Counted from the first letter of the stretch, positions 1 through 14,130 are shown. The stretch: DNA of 64,000 nucleotides from Takakia lepidozioides (GCA_030704615.1 CM060731.1:69626001-69690000), one strand, 5' to 3'. Numbers and translations are program-made. Notes: a model not told the origin generated them from the letters alone.

Positions 1-3000
1 CGAAGTCTTGGACTCTGTGGGGATGGGCTATAAGATTTTTCATGCATGTCCATGTTGATAAAAACCCTATACTACGGAGATGATTCGCATCTCACCAAGT
101 GCCCAAAGTGCAAGAAAGACCGATATCGGGATGATGTCCAAGGGAAAAAAGTACCACGCAAGGTATAAGCGCCATTCCCCCTCGCATGGAGATTATTAGA
201 GAGTAGTGTACTCATGCAAGATCTGATTGTGGTTTTGGAAGGAGTGAGTGAGGAGTGGAAGGAGCGACGTTTGGTTTTGACCATTCACACCCAAATGAGG
301 GAGAGGCTGCATAAAGGGAAAGACATAAGGGTGTTGTATTATGTGTGCTAATGGGATGATTACATGTGGGGGGCGTGGGGTATTTCATCCTAGAAATGCA
401 TTACTTTCGATCATCCCGCGATTGAGGGCACAGTACCGAAGCCCCGATTGGCCAGACTCATGAGATGCACGCCTCGCATCGGAGCCCCCGGGAAAGGTGT
501 GCGGGCCACAAGATTCACAAGCATGGAGGCATATTGAGAGATGTGGTTTTCTCTTGGAGGACCCACGACATGTCCACCTCGGCTTCTCCTCGGATGGGGT
601 CAACCCATTCTCTGTCCAGTCATGTAGTCATTCCACTTGGCCGTGACCATGGTGAATTACAACATCCCTCCGTATCTTTCAATTAAAAAAGGCCATATCA
701 TGTTGGCTGCCATTGTGCCAGGTGAGTGTACTCATTTCATGTTTATTATTGCCTTCAACTTTACATTAAACTTTTGATCTTTGACGCAATTCGGATGCAA
801 GATTGATGAGTGACATAATCATGGAGTAAGACGTGTAATTCATTTTGTAGTATAATCTGCATATTGGTGGAGCATTGAAACAATGATGTGAATGTCTCAA
901 AGGGAAAAAAACAAGTGGCAAACATGGACACGTACTTGCGACCACTTGTTGATGAACTTAAAGAGCTATGGAGGGGGGTCCTTATTGGATGCTTCACTTG
1001 ACCCTATGGCCGGACAATCTTTTCAGATGAGAGGCATCTTGCTTTGGACAATGCATGATTATCCAGGTATATTATGTTCCCCATGAACAACCCGCGTACA
1101 TTCACTTGTCAATGCCGGATGAGGATGAGGATTGGGATTGATTGAAGTAGCGGCGACAGTCTTGTGCACCGTAGTGGGGTAGATGACATTATGGGCCATG
1201 CACATGACAACTTTTTGTTTTTGCTAATGTGGCGGGATGTGTAGTACAAGACTAACTGTTTGCTCGGGCTAAGCACCAAAGGGTACCATGCATGCTTGCA
1301 TTGTGGCGATGATCTTGATGCACATAGCTCCCGCCATCTTCACAAGATGGTGTATCCCAACTACCGCAATTTTCTTCCTATGAGCCATCGATGGAGAAGA
1401 AGAGAGAAACACTTGTTTGATGCAAAGAGGAAGTACGTCCCCCCCCTATGACACCGTCCGGGCAGTTTTGGAGGACCGATGGAAGGAGGCCCATGCGGGC
1501 ACGGACGGTGAAGTGGACGTGCCCGGCATGAAACGACTTTCAAATCTCTACGAGTTGCCATATTGGGCGGTACATATTCCGCAAAAATCCGTCAATATCC
1601 CTATGCATGCATGTGATATTGCACATTTGGTATGCGTTGCATTGTCACTTTCACGTAAATTTTTTTGTATAAGTCTTTGTGGGTGGGGATATATGATTTG
1701 CCATCTTCTAGATCCCATGCATATTGAGAAGAATGTCTGCTCGTCTTTTTTTTGGGTTCTTCATGGCACGCCGGCAAAGAAGGGAGTGGCTGCAAAAGGA
1801 ATTCTCTCGGTGTTAGAAAGAGCTTGAGGAGCAGGGTTGCATGTGCCATCTATGGGCCAACAAAATGGTGTGGACCCAAAGGGTGTTGTACTGGAAGTAT
1901 AGGCGCGCACCTTGGCAATGGACAAAGGAGGATACAAGAAAGTGATAGCCACCATAAGTGCTGTCCGAACACCAACTGGTTATGGGTCATCCCTCCGTAC
2001 GAAGTTTAGCGAAGAAGACGGGGTCCATGGTTTGAAGTCTCATAACTACCACAATCTATTGCAAGACATCTTGCCCATTGCAGTACGTGGGACATTGACT
2101 CCCGAGGTTCGTGAGATAATCTATAGATTGGGAGGTTGTTCCGGTGGATTTGCTCCAAAGAGTTGGAAAGAGCAGATTTTTCACGCATGAAGAAGGAGGC
2201 GGCGGAGGTAATGTGTATGTTGGAGATGCACCTTCATCCCTCCTTCTTTGACATCCAAGTGCACTTGGTAGTGCACTTAGTAGAAGAGGCTTCGATTGCC
2301 GGCCCCATTCATTCTCGGTGGATTCTTTCCTTGAGCGTATATGAAGACTTTGAAAGGATTTGTAAGACAAATGGCGCACCCCGAGGGTAGCATGGCGGAG
2401 GGGTATATGTTGCAAGAAGCTATGTTCTATTGCACGGAGTACATGACAAGGGTGGATGAGGGATCTCCTCGGATGTGGAAGGAAGAGGAGGATGCACGAA
2501 CCAAAGAAATCGTTTTGCCCAAAAAATTGAAGAGGGTAAAATTGCCGACCTTGGTGATTGAGCAAGCGCATGACTTCATACTGAAGAACACCCCATCAAT
2601 ACATGAGTGGGAGGCAAGATACAATAATCTTGTTCAGCAACGAGAGGAGGAGACGCTTGCATGGAGGCGGAACCATCCAAGGCCGGTTACTAGACGCCCA
2701 CAACGAGGAGCGGGCCGCCGGAATGTTCATTCATAAAATTTGCCCATGGAATTGCAGCCTCTAAGTTCATTCCAATACTGGCTTCGAGCTTCAGTTTATG
2801 ACGCCGTTGCTCAAAGAGAGGTGGTTTCAGATTTGGTGCAAGACATTGCAAGAGGCCCCTCTCAATTCGCGACCTCATACACGGCGGTTTGGGTTCACGG
2901 TCGTCATTTCCGCATTCGTGCTCTTGACATGAAGCGCAAAACAACCTTTGATTCTGGCTTGTGTGCCACATATTGGCAAGACTCCGTGTGGGGCAAGGGA

Positions 3001-3250
3001 GATACACGACCTGCTATGAGCAAACTTGAGTACATTGGAGAGCTTGAAAGCATACTCCAACTTTAGTATATAAGGTACCGGCCTCTTCTCTTCAAGGGAA
3101 GGTGGTTCCAGCCACATCTTGTGAGGCCCTCCGCAACACTAGTGCAAGATGATTGTGGTTTCATGCGCGTCAATGCAGATAGGCTCAACCCTACTCATCG
3201 TCCCTCCGATAAGCTTTTTTCACGGCCATGCTTTTTTGTGCATGCTCAGC
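1..3250 (+). pseudogene. CACTA transposase (Transposase_21/DUF4218/DUF4216-like), spliced and frameshifted
   Basis: Motifs GILLWTMHDYPG, LSTKGYHACLHC, LYELPYW, HLLDPMHIEKNV, GLKSHNYHNLLQDILP, FFDIQVHLVVHLVEE, HPEGSMAEGY and YIGELESILQL appear across the + ORFs, separated by GT-AG intron-like gaps (e.g. GGTGAGT at 721). Confidence 0.85.
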
Positions 3251-4476
3251 TAAGAGAAAGATGTATCTATCATGGTCTCGGATCTCCATGGGGTGAGGCA
3301 ATTGCGGTGGATAGAGAGACTAGTCATAATGATGCTGATGATGGAGGTTGGGTAGAGGGGCTAAAGGATGATGACGCCCCGGACAATGCATCCTGGACCC
3401 TATACTAGAAAATACGGATGTTGGAGAAGGAGACGAAGACACAACCATTGACAACGAGGTGGAGGATGATTCGGAGGTGCCTTTTGAGGGCCGGACCATT
3501 TATGACGATGACTCTGATGACCAAGAAGACTTGCAGCTTGATGAGGATGAAGAGGCTCCGGATGATGATGTTCCAGTTGATTAGACACAAAATCAAAGCT
3601 ACATAACAATTCTCGCACCGAATTGGACCCATCCCTTTGATTGATTGTACATGTACATGCATATTGTACTTTATTTCTATGATTCATCAAATATGGCTGT
3701 GGCTGGAAGTCTTTTAAGAAAGAAGACAGAGACAATGAATATGTTGGAGCAATACATACAGATGTGGTATCAAGAGAATTATCAAAATGAATGTCACAAT
3801 CTACAAGAAGGTCCACAACAACAAGCTAAACCATAAAGAAAACAAACACCCCTACCCAAGTACCATATGAAAAAAAAAAAAACTAAGAACCCCCAAAGGC
3901 CCTAAACCTAAACCTAAAAAGCCCTGCCGTCGCCTCCTGCGACCCCCACGCGTTGCAAACTATGATGCATTTTCTTGGATTTATGAGGACGGGGGTCGCG
4001 GACAGCCGTTGCAAATTGTGACATGTTTTTTTTTGTTTTGAAAGAATAGGGCAGCCGGGCAGTTTGCGACGCCCGGCCGTTGCAGGGGTCTTTTCCCCTT
4101 CATGCCACCATGCGATGGTCAGGCGTCGCAAGAAAGGGCTGCATTGAAAGAAATGGCAAGGTTTTTTTTTTTTTTGTTTTTTTTTTTTTTTTCCGGCGTG
4201 CGACGACCGGCCGTCGCCAAAAAGGGCTGCCTTATCCCTTCACTGGGGGCGACGCTTAGGCGTCGCACGGAAGGGCTGCCATTTTCCCTTCATCACTCCG
4301 TCCGTACGGCGGCCAGGCGTCGTCACCTGCCCCGGCGCCAGGTTTCACTCCCGCGGGGTTTGGCTGCGACGGCCCGGCGTTGCAAACACGCTCCGCGGGG
4401 TTGGCGTCGCACCCTCGGCGCCGCGCGGGTGGTGGGGGCGCGGCTGGCGTCGCAAACCCCCCCCATTTCTGTAGTG
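1..4476 (+). mobile_element. CACTA/En-Spm DNA transposon, right part (left end outside the window)
   Basis: Tnp2-type transposase fragments at 1-3250, GC-rich subterminal region with repeated GCGAC/GTCGC motifs at ~3920-4460, and terminus ...CCCCATTTCTGTAGTG at 4476 (reverse complement CACTACAGAAATGGGG). Gypsy pol sequence resumes immediately after. Confidence 0.88.
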
Positions 4477-5972
4477 CATGGTGAAGTATTTTTCCACGCA
4501 GCCTAAGTTGTCCCCAAAACAAATTAGGTGGCAAAACACTTTGGCACTGTTCGACGTGGATATCCAATACAAACCAGGACGAGACAATGTGGTGGCCGAT
4601 GCTTTAAGTAGAAAGCAACAGCTCATGTTGGTGTACAAGGGTGAGACGACGCTCCAAAGGAAGATCCGGAAGGCTTACCGGAAGGATGAGATGGCGAAGT
4701 CCGTGATGCGGGACTTGGGGATGGGGGTTAAATCGCAGTTTCACTTGCAAAATGGACTGCTATGGTATAAGCAAAAGCATCTCTACGTGCCGAAGGGAGG
4801 GATCAGAGATAGCCTCTTGAGAGAATGCCATGAGGGAGGAGGCCGAGGAGTATGTCAAGACATGCACCACATGCCAACAAAACCAGAGCGAGTACAAAAG
4901 CAAGCGGGGCTGTTACAACCCTTGCCGATTCCAGAGGGGTCTTGGGAAAGTGTCTCGATGGATTTCATGACTGCGTTGTCGCTGTCAAAAGGATTCGATG
5001 CAATCATGGTGGTGGTGGATAGGTTCAGTAAAATGGGCCATTTCATTCCCACCAAGGAGACGACAACGGCGCAAGAGACGGGACGGCTTTACTTCGCCCA
5101 CGTCTTCAAGCATCATGGACTCCCGAAGGATATTGTCTCGGACCGTGATCCAAAGTTTACAAGTAAATTTTGGAGGGCATTTTGGAAGAAGATGGGAACG
5201 AGGCTCAAGATGAGCAGCGCCTTCCGACCTACGACAGACGGCCAAACGGAAAGGGTGAATTCCGTGGTGAAGCAGATCTTACGGAATTACGTGTCGGCAG
5301 ACCAATCGGACTGGGTGGAACACTTGGATGCGGCAGAGTTCTGTTGTAATAACACAAAACACTCCGCAACGGGAGTTTCCCCTTTCGTATTGGTCTATGG
5401 AAAAGCACCTCTGGTGCCGACAAGTTGGGCCGCCCAGGACGTTGAGGAACCGGCAGCAGCAACGGTACTGGAAGAACGCGAGCGTTTGTTGAAGCTCGCA
5501 AAGTACAACATTGCCAAAGCTAGGAAACGGTATGAAAGGCAGGCGAATCGGAAGCGGAGGAAAGTTAAGTTTGAGGCAGACATGGAGGTGTGGTTGAACA
5601 TCAAGAATTTTTGACTACCTCCGGAAATGAGTCCGAAGTTCGTACCTCCGTATGCGGGTTCCTTTCGTATCCGGAAGGTTATGAATGAGGATGTGTATGA
5701 ATTGGAGCTGCCGGCAAATAGCAAGGTGCATCTGGTATTCCACGTCTCTTTTCTGAAGCCTACTTCAAAGATGAAGCGCGTCCGAATCGGCATCAAGTGT
5801 TGCGTCCGCCACCTGTGCTGTTGGACCATGAAAATGAACCTGAGTACGAGGTGGAGGCAGTGCTTAAGTCGAAGAGGTTCAAGAATCGAGAAACGGAGTA
5901 TCTCGTGAAATGGAAGGGCTATCATCATGTAGAGGCATCTTGGGTGCGTGCCTCAGAAATGGGAAACGCCAC
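4477..5972 (+). mobile_element. Chromovirus (Ty3/gypsy) pol 3' part: end of RNase H, integrase, GPY/F region, chromodomain
   Basis: IQYKPGRDNVVADALSR, WESVSMDF, IVSDRDPKFTSKFW, TDGQTERVN; the alternate frame at ~5835-5970 reads EPEYEVEAVLKSKRFKNRETEYLVKWKGYHHVEASWVRASEMGNA (chromodomain). Confidence 0.9.
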
Positions 5973-6029
5973 ATAGTATTATCCCCCAGGAACTATGCCC
6001 TCAAGACTGATCCCGGGCCTCCAGCTGAT

Positions 6030-6519
6030 GGCTGTTGGTGTGATGTCATGCTCTTGACTCATAGAGAGGAAGTAGTGATGGCATTCATCCACCAGGCCCA
6101 TGTGGCTGCATGTAGAGAGCACTCCAATAAATGTGACATCATTTGGTTTTACCTTTTCCCTGAGCATCTGTTGAAATAGTTGCAGGGCTTCCTTGCCATG
6201 CCCATGCTGAGCATATCCGGTGATAATTGCAGTCCATGAGATCACATTGCGTTGTGCAATTTTATCAAACACTTGTTGTGCATCCTGCATGCTCCCACAC
6301 CTGGCGTACATGTCGACAAGGGCATTCCCCACTCGGTCATCTGCCTCGCATCCAGCTTTGAGAACATGTCCATGTACCCCCTTGCCCTCTTCCAAGGCTG
6401 CTAAGCTGGCACGACCACCAAGGATGCTAATGAAAGTGACCCCATCAGACTCCATGCCTTCTTTTTGCATTTGCTGAAAGATCTCTAATGCCTGAGCACC
6501 ATGCCCTTGCTGAGCAAAT
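6030..6519 (-). pseudogene. PLS-class PPR gene, middle fragment
   Basis: ORF 5979-6470 contains NALVDMYARCGSMQDAQQVFDKI..NVISWTAIITGYAQHGHGKEALQLFQQM..PNDVTFIGVLSTCSHMGLVDE..HDITPTA. Confidence 0.92.
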
Positions 6520-7444
6520 TGTTAGAGGACTGTCGGGGACTTAGACACTTATACGGGATCTGTAGGGTACCCTTAATTTTTGCACAGACTGAGACCAACA
6601 GGAGCCTTAGGGGTGACAGCAGCGCACTGTAGAGGGGGTCGTCACAGCCAACACAGCCAACACAGCCCGTCACAGTCGTCACAGACACACACAGCCACAG
6701 CCAACACAGCCCGTCACAGTCGCCACAGCACAGACACAGCCGACACAGCACAGACACAGCCACACAGCGTCACAGTCACAACACGCACAGCCACAGTTTC
6801 ACACAGTCACAGCTTGACACAGCTGTCACGATCATAGGGAACGAAGAGTAGGACAGGGAACGACTGTGGGGAACAACACCTGCGAAGGGAACATGTTAGT
6901 TCACAGACGACGGTTAGTGAGGGAAACGGTTAGAACCGCGGATAGGAAGATAAAGGGAGAAACGGGGAATTGAGGGACATCATTCGGAGGAGGACTTCTT
7001 GGTGATAGAGGAGAGGGGATCGGAGAGATGAGGAACGGAAGTGAAGATAGAGAGATTGAGTAGATGCTTGATATATGCAAAGCTGTAGATATTGTAGAGC
7101 AGATTAGAGACACAATGGCTTCGGCCTGATACCTGATAAATCATAATCGGATACTTTACGATACAATCACACTGTGTAGAGAGATCTGAGTGAAGCTGTG
7201 GAATGAATGGATGAGTGATGGAATCCAATAGATTGATAAAGCAAACTGATACTTAATTATCAATGGTAAGGTAGCTAACATGAATACCAAAGGGAAACAA
7301 ATAGGAAACACCCCCATGATACACTAGCTGTAGGTCATGACTGATTGTTCTGCGCGGGCTGAGTACTTAGAGATTTCCAACTCTTTCTTCTTGGAGTTTC
7401 CGCCTCGAATAGCGAAGGGATGGGTGAGTAAAAGCCGCGCGACA
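6520..7444 (+). repeat. 5' LTR (925 bp)
   Basis: TGTTAGAGGAC...GCGCGACA, near-identical to 18560-19509, with an internal CACAG-rich variable tract. Confidence 0.96.
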
Positions 7445-7446
7445 TT

Positions 7447-7463
7447 TGGCGACCATACTGGGG
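7447..7463 (+). promoter_or_regulatory. Primer-binding site, tRNA-Arg-like
   Basis: TGGCGACCATACTGGGG begins 2 nt after the 5' LTR. It resembles the complement of the plant tRNA-Arg(UCG) 3' end as I recall it; the tRNA identity is tentative. Confidence 0.7.
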
Positions 7464-7469
7464 ACCTGG

Positions 7470-8740
7470 GACATGAACAACCAGATGTGACAGGCATCTG
7501 GTGGGATCATGGTGGTTGGACATTAAAGAATTTGAAGTGAATCAAATTCCCTGTGGAACGAAGGAAGAAAGATTGTCCAAACAATTCTTTCAAAGGTTCT
7601 TGGAATTGCCAGACGGTTGTAAAGAAAATATTCTTAAACGAGTGCATGATGCTGATCCAGAATGGGGTCTGGAGAAAGGAGTGATAAAGATTTATCAGGT
7701 AGCCTGTAGAGGAAGAGCACGTTGGTTACCAACATTGGTTTATGTGATAGCATTGCTATCCATTAAACGAGTAGAGTTTGAAGGCTGGGAAGAAAGAAAG
7801 GTGAATGTTTATACTCATATGCATGAAGAGCTTGTACTGGTAAAGAATTGGATTCCAAAGGATATTTTGTGGATCAAACTCACACCAAGAACAGCTTTTC
7901 AGACTTGTTTGCCATATGGTTATATGGTAACGGAGACTTCAAGTATAGCCAAGGGTGCATTGAAGCTTGAAAGAAACCCAGGCATATACGAGATATTACA
8001 GAAGAGAGTTTTGGTTATTGCCACATTAAAAGAAATGAAAGACATGGGACATGAGTGATGAAAGAGAAGCTAGACGACAGAGATATTCAGCAAAAAGAGA
8101 AAGCTATCTGAAAGCTAATTATCCATATCTTTGGGAGAGAGGAATAGACATAGGGGAATCATCTGGACCTCTCACACCATCAAGATCAAAGCATCACCTA
8201 TACCGGAAGAACTAGAGTTGGATGCCACTCCTTCTGTTTCTTTGCAAGAAAGATTAAGGGAATTGGTACAGGAAGATCAATCACGAGGTGAAAGATCTGA
8301 GGTACATCCTTGGATAAAAGACTTGACAGAAATCTTTGATAAGAGTTGGCATGGAACACCAAAAGCAGGAACTCCAGTTTCTGAAGCAGAAGGTGAAGAA
8401 GGAGAAGAGGATGTGGCAGAGCCAACGGAGAGTTCAGACTCTCCAACACCATTACAGTTGAGTTACATGAGTGAAGAAGAAACCCAAGGGCAGAACTTGG
8501 AGGATGAAAACAGAGAGAAGAAATTAGAAGAGGAAGAATATGAAGAAGTAGACCCAACAGCTGAGGTTGAGACTACAACCAGGACATCCCAACCCGTTGG
8601 ACCTGGATCAAGTGGAGCACTTGGATCACAGGCCAACGAAGGTGTCGGCTCAGGGGATCAGGCGGGCTGCCTGGATCTGGCTCTGGGGGGACAGGGAGTG
8701 TGGGAAGTAGTGCAACTGAAGCTGGGAATACTGTGAATAT
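7470..8740 (+). CDS. Extra 5' ORF or long Gag N-terminal extension (globular ~190 aa plus acidic linker), function unknown
   Basis: ORFs 7501-8058 (185 aa, protein-like composition) and 8131-8736 (E-rich) lie between the PBS and the recognisable gag core. Confidence 0.55.
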
Positions 8741-8869
8741 CGTGGGGCCAGAAGCAGGAGTGCTCAAGGGCCACCACTTGGTGGAAGATCCACCACAAAA
8801 ACAACAGGTCCAGAAGGACCAGCACCAGCAAGGGTGCCAGCACCTGTCAGTGGGCAGAAGGTAGGGCCA

Positions 8870-11800
8870 CAGATGGCGTTACAACCAACACGGGCAAAAC
8901 CACCCTTTCCAATATTCAGGAAAAGGGGATCCCGATGTACACATTAGCCAATTTGAGCACATGTGTATAGTGAACAATGAGAATGGCGATGATGCCAAGA
9001 TGAGACTGTTTCCTTGTTCACTTATCAAGAAAGCAAGTGAATGGTATGCAAGATTCCCTGATAATCATTTCCTAACCTGGAATGGCTTGAATACAGCATT
9101 TCGAAATAGGTTCAGGACAAGTAAAACTGAGGATGAAGTGTATGGAAGTTTACAACAGCTGAAGCAGAAGAAGCATGAAACTGTTGAAGTATATGGAGAA
9201 GATGGAATTGATGATGAAAAAGCTGGCTGCAGTACCAGCACCCGGTTTACAGAAGACTTGGTTTGTGAGTGGACTAAGACCAGAGTTGCAAAAGAAAGTG
9301 GATATGTTACCCCATAATACAGTGGAGGAGGCATTTGAAACTGCGAACAGAATTGAGCAATTGGGAATGCTCAGGAGAGAGAAAAAAGAAGATGAGGACT
9401 CTGAGGATGAGTCAGATGAAGAAGAAGAGCAAGAACTAAAAAGAAAGAGTAAGAGAAAGGAGAAGTTGAAGAGGGATAACTATGAAAAAAAATTGGAAGA
9501 AATCTTGAAGAAGTATGCCACAGAGGCTGCAACACATTGGAGGAAGGGTGTATGGTGTGCAAAGTGCCAGATGAAGGCCATACCACCACAGAATGCCACA
9601 TGAAGGAGAAACACTGTACTATCTGTAAAATGGATAACCATTCTACTGAGAATTGTTACTACAACAGAAGGACAGCTGCAAGAGAACCTAGGCAAGTAAG
9701 GGTGCATCAGGTGCAGCCCCAGCCAAGAAGAAACAATGATCAGGACCACTATGGTAGGTCTGGTGGTTATAACAATGGCATGGAAGGGAGAGGTAATTCA
9801 AGAGGGAATTACCAAGGAAATTCCAGAGGCAACTATCAGGGTAATCCAAGGGGGAATTACCAGCCCGGGAATCAGGATTATAGAAATAATCCAAGAACAG
9901 ACCAAGGGCGAGGACCCAATGGTGAAGAGCTATGTTACTATTGTAATCAGCCAGGACATCGCAAGGCAGCCTGTTCATTCTGGATAAGACACCAGAATGA
10001 GATGAGAGCTCCTGTGAATGAGGGCCCAGTGGTGGCAGCTCACATGGTTAGGCCATGTGTTGTACCAGAAGTAAGTACAATGATAGTAACAAGAAGTAAA
10101 GCCAAACTAATACCTCCAGTAGAAGAGGAAGAAGATGAGACTGGAAGTGGCAATGATATGCCTGAAGATGAAGAGACTTGGAAAGATGAGAAGGAACTGC
10201 ACAAGGAAGTGGCAGATACTATAAGGGAAATGCAAAAGAGTACTGATATTCCTGTGGCAGATTCCTCTGATTCGGATGGAGAAAAAGAAGGAGTGAGGAA
10301 GAAAGGAAAAAAGAAGATGCAGACATGCAAAGTAATGAAGAGACTTTGGCTGAAGTAATATGTCAGACCAAAGCAGAAATTACCATTGGACAGCTATTAG
10401 CTGTGGCACCTTATTGTAGGCACAGGCTGTATCAAGCAATCAATCGAATTGCCCAAGAGACAGGAAACACAGACCTGAACAGCAAGGTGACCAGTTATAA
10501 TGTGAAGCCGGAAGGGCGAGAACCAGTCATGGACTTTGATGATTCTATGCCAGTAATCCAATTGAGAATTGGAAGCACAGAACTAACTGATGTACTGATA
10601 GATGGTGGTTCTGGAGTAAATATCATGACAGACCAATTAAGGAAGAAGCTTGGTCTAAGTAACATGAAACCAGCCCCATTTACAGTAACAATGGCAGATC
10701 AAAGAAGTGTACAGCCATTGGGATTAATAAGAGGAGTTAAGATACAGATACAGAAAATGATCTTTATGATCACAGTAACTGTATTAAATGGATGAAGTCA
10801 TGGAGGCTTACTCCTTATTATTGGGACGTCCGTGGCTGAAACAGGCCAGGGTATTCCATGACTGGAATTCTCAGTTACTAACCGTGCATAATGGGATACA
10901 CGAGATACAAATTACCACAAAGAAATCTAGTAGATTACCTGCTACAAGAAGACCTCGAGGAGTCAGAGAGTATGACTGGAGAGGAGGACTGGATGAGGAG
11001 CAGGAAGCTACCCTATTTGCTGCACACCCAGAGTGGGAGCAGGTTGCAGAGATGCGGCTGGAAAGCCTAAGTTGTTTGAGAGGTATCTGCTGTGGTGTAG
11101 TGACAGCAACACCAACTGAAGAGGAAACCAGCATTTACCCATCACATTTCTATGAAGAAAGAGAAGGAGAAATAGAAATCCTAGAAGAACCAGCCACTGT
11201 GAGCTTACAGGATGAAGGTGACTGGTTGGACAATCACAGCTGATGAGCAGGTGAGAGAAGTAAATGTGGGAACTAAGGAGGAACCGAGGATGGTGAAAGT
11301 AGGAGCTGATTTGGAGCCGGAATTCTTCGAAGAAGCTAAAAGCTTGTTCATCAAATACAGAGATGTATTTGCTTGGAGCTATGAGGATCTAAAAGGGATA
11401 CCACCTGAAGTCTGTCAGCATAAGATTGAACTGGAACCAGGGTCAGTACCAATCAAGCAGGCGAGGTATAGAATGAATCCCAACTACGCACAGAAGGTTG
11501 GAGAAGAGATAAAGAAGTTGGCTGAGGCTAAGTTTATATACCCAATAGAGTATACAACTTGGTTGTCACCCATTGTTATAGTTCCCAAGAAGAATGGCAA
11601 ACTAAGAGTATGTGTGAACTATAAGAAGCTGAATGCTTGTACGAAGAAAGATCCTTTCCCTTTGCCATTCACAGAAGCAGTATTAGACACTGTGGCAGGC
11701 CATGAGATGTACTCATTCATGGATGGCTTCAGTGGTTATAATCAAGTGCAAGTGGCAGAAGAAGACCAAGGGAAAACAGCTTTCATCACAGACTGGGGGG

Positions 11801-14130
11801 CTTATGCATACAAAGTCATGCCCTTTGGACTTTGTAATGCACCAGCGACCTTTCAGAGAGTGATAAGTGAATCTTTTCATGAGTATCTGGATGATTTCAT
11901 GCAGGTGTTCTTGGATGATTTCAGTGTGTACAGCTCTAAGAATGAGCACTTGCATAAATTGGAGTTATGCCTGGCCAGATGCAGGATGAGAGGTCTGGGC
12001 CTGAATCCAGAGAAGTGTACTTTCTGTGTGAACTCAGGGGTGCTTCTGGGACACATTGTGTGTAAGAAGGGACTCTTGTGGATCCCAGGAAGACAGAGTC
12101 CATTAAAGCCTCTCCACCACCAGTGAATGTTAAGAGTTTAAGGAGATTCCTTGGGCAAACCAGTTATTACAGAAGATTTGTCAAAAGGTATGCACAAATA
12201 GCAGCACCATTGAGCAAGCTTCTGAAGAAAGATGCAGTGTTTGCCTGGACAGCTGAATGTCAACAGGCGTTTGAGGGAACTTACACTGTCAGTAACAACT
12301 ACACACCTGTGCTGATTAACCCTCACTGGCATGTAGTATTTCATGTTCACTGCGATGCATCAGGAGAAGCGTTGGGAGCGGTGTTAGCCCAGAATGTTAC
12401 AGGGAATATAGATTCACCTGTGTACTATGCTAGCCGGTTGATGAACAGTGCTGAGAGGAACTATAGCACAACGGAAAGAGAAGCATTGGCAATGATCTAT
12501 GCAGTGAAGAAATTCAGGCATTACCTATTGGGAAGAAAGTTTATGTTTTATGTGGATCACCAGGCTCTGATATATCTGGTGAACAAACCTTTGATAAGTG
12601 GAAGGATAGCGAGGTGGTTAATAATCTTGCATGAGTTTGAGTTCGAGGTTATTTACAAGCCTGGCCGTTTGCATCTTGTGGCAGATCATTTGTCACGACT
12701 AACAACAGGAGAGGCCGCCACAGGAGTGGACGATCAGTTACCTGATGCGAGTTTATTTGTAATGGAGGTGCAAGGAAGTGCAGATGAATGGTTAGATTGG
12801 CAGTGGCCAATCAGATACTACCTTGCTCATGGTCAGTGCCCACCTAGTTATGGTAAGGAGCAGAGGAAGAGAATCGCTATCAAAGCTTTACCTTATACTA
12901 TGGTAGGAAGCAGAATGTATAAGTTAGGACCTGATGGAGTACTAAAACGATGCTTGTACCACCATGAAGTAAATAAAGTTTTGGCGGAAGTTCATAAAGG
13001 AGTGGCTGGAGGTCATTTTGGAGAAGAGACTACCAGTAGAAAGATACTACTCGCAGGATACTGGTGGCCTACTTTGTTCAAAGATGTACACGTATTGTCA
13101 GAAGTGTGATGAATGTCAGAGGCTAGGACCTTTGCAGAGATCTGGAAGGATGGCCTTGCATCCTACAATGCCTACGGAACCATTTCAGAAATGGGGACTA
13201 GACTTTGTTGGACCAATTAACCCACCATCCAAGAATACACGAAACAGGTACATAATTACAGCCACTGATTATACTACAAAGTGGGTGGAAGCTAAAGCTT
13301 TGAGGGACAACACAGCCAAGTCCACAGCAAGGTTCCTGTACGAGAACATACTTACACGATTTGGCTGTCCCTTAGAATTTATCAGTGATCAAGGAAGTCA
13401 CTTCATGAATGAGACCATTGAGTTGTTGACTAAAGAGTTTATGATTGTGCATAGAAAGAGTACAACATATTACCCACAGGTAATGGGCAGGCAGAGGCTA
13501 CCAACAAAATACTATGTACTATCTTGGCTAAGATAGTCAATGCAAACAGAACGGATTGGGATACAAAGCTGCTGACAGCTTTGTGGTCATACAGGACTTC
13601 ATATAAAGTCACCACTAAGTATACACCATTCCAATTAGTTTATGGTATGGAAGCCTTACTTCCAGTGGAATTCCTGTTACCTACCATGAGAACGGAGTGG
13701 GGAAAAAGAATGGAATTGCAAGACTCCATCAAGGTCAGGAAACATGAATTACCATGTGGAAGTACGTGCTGATGCAGCTGATAATATGACCAGAATTCAG
13801 ATGAAGCGAAAGGAACAGTTTGATGAAGGCAAGTTAAAGACTTTTAAGACGGGGGATTTGGTTATGGTTGCAGAAGAAAGGAAAGATTCAAGCTTCTAAG
13901 CTTAAATCACCATGGAAAGGACCTTATGTCATACAAAAGATGTATGATAACAACACCGCCATGTTACAAACCATTAACAAAGAAATGCTGGGAAGAGTCA
14001 ATGCAAATAAGTTGAAGGGGTACAGTGGTATCCATGACAAACCCCTGCAGCATGATTTGCATGTTGAACCGCAAGAGCAGTCACGGGCTGCACCAGTGTT
14101 ACGAACGGAGTATGGAACACTTGTCGCTAG
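8870..14130 (+). pseudogene. gag-pol polyprotein broken by single-base frameshifts
   Basis: Gag RLFPCSLIKKASEWY; CCHC knuckles; protease VLIDGGSGVNIM; RT FMDGFSGYNQ..VMPFGLCNAPATFQR..FLDD; RH VHCDAS..NYSTTEREALA; INT GGHFG..CDECQR..WGLDFVGP..ISDQGSHF; WKGPY. Confidence 0.93.

Noticed and set aside
6580-6840. His/Ser/Thr- or Cys/Val-rich ORFs in the LTRs (also 18492-18907 and 14025-14300)
   Set aside because: They arise from the CACAG low-complexity tract.
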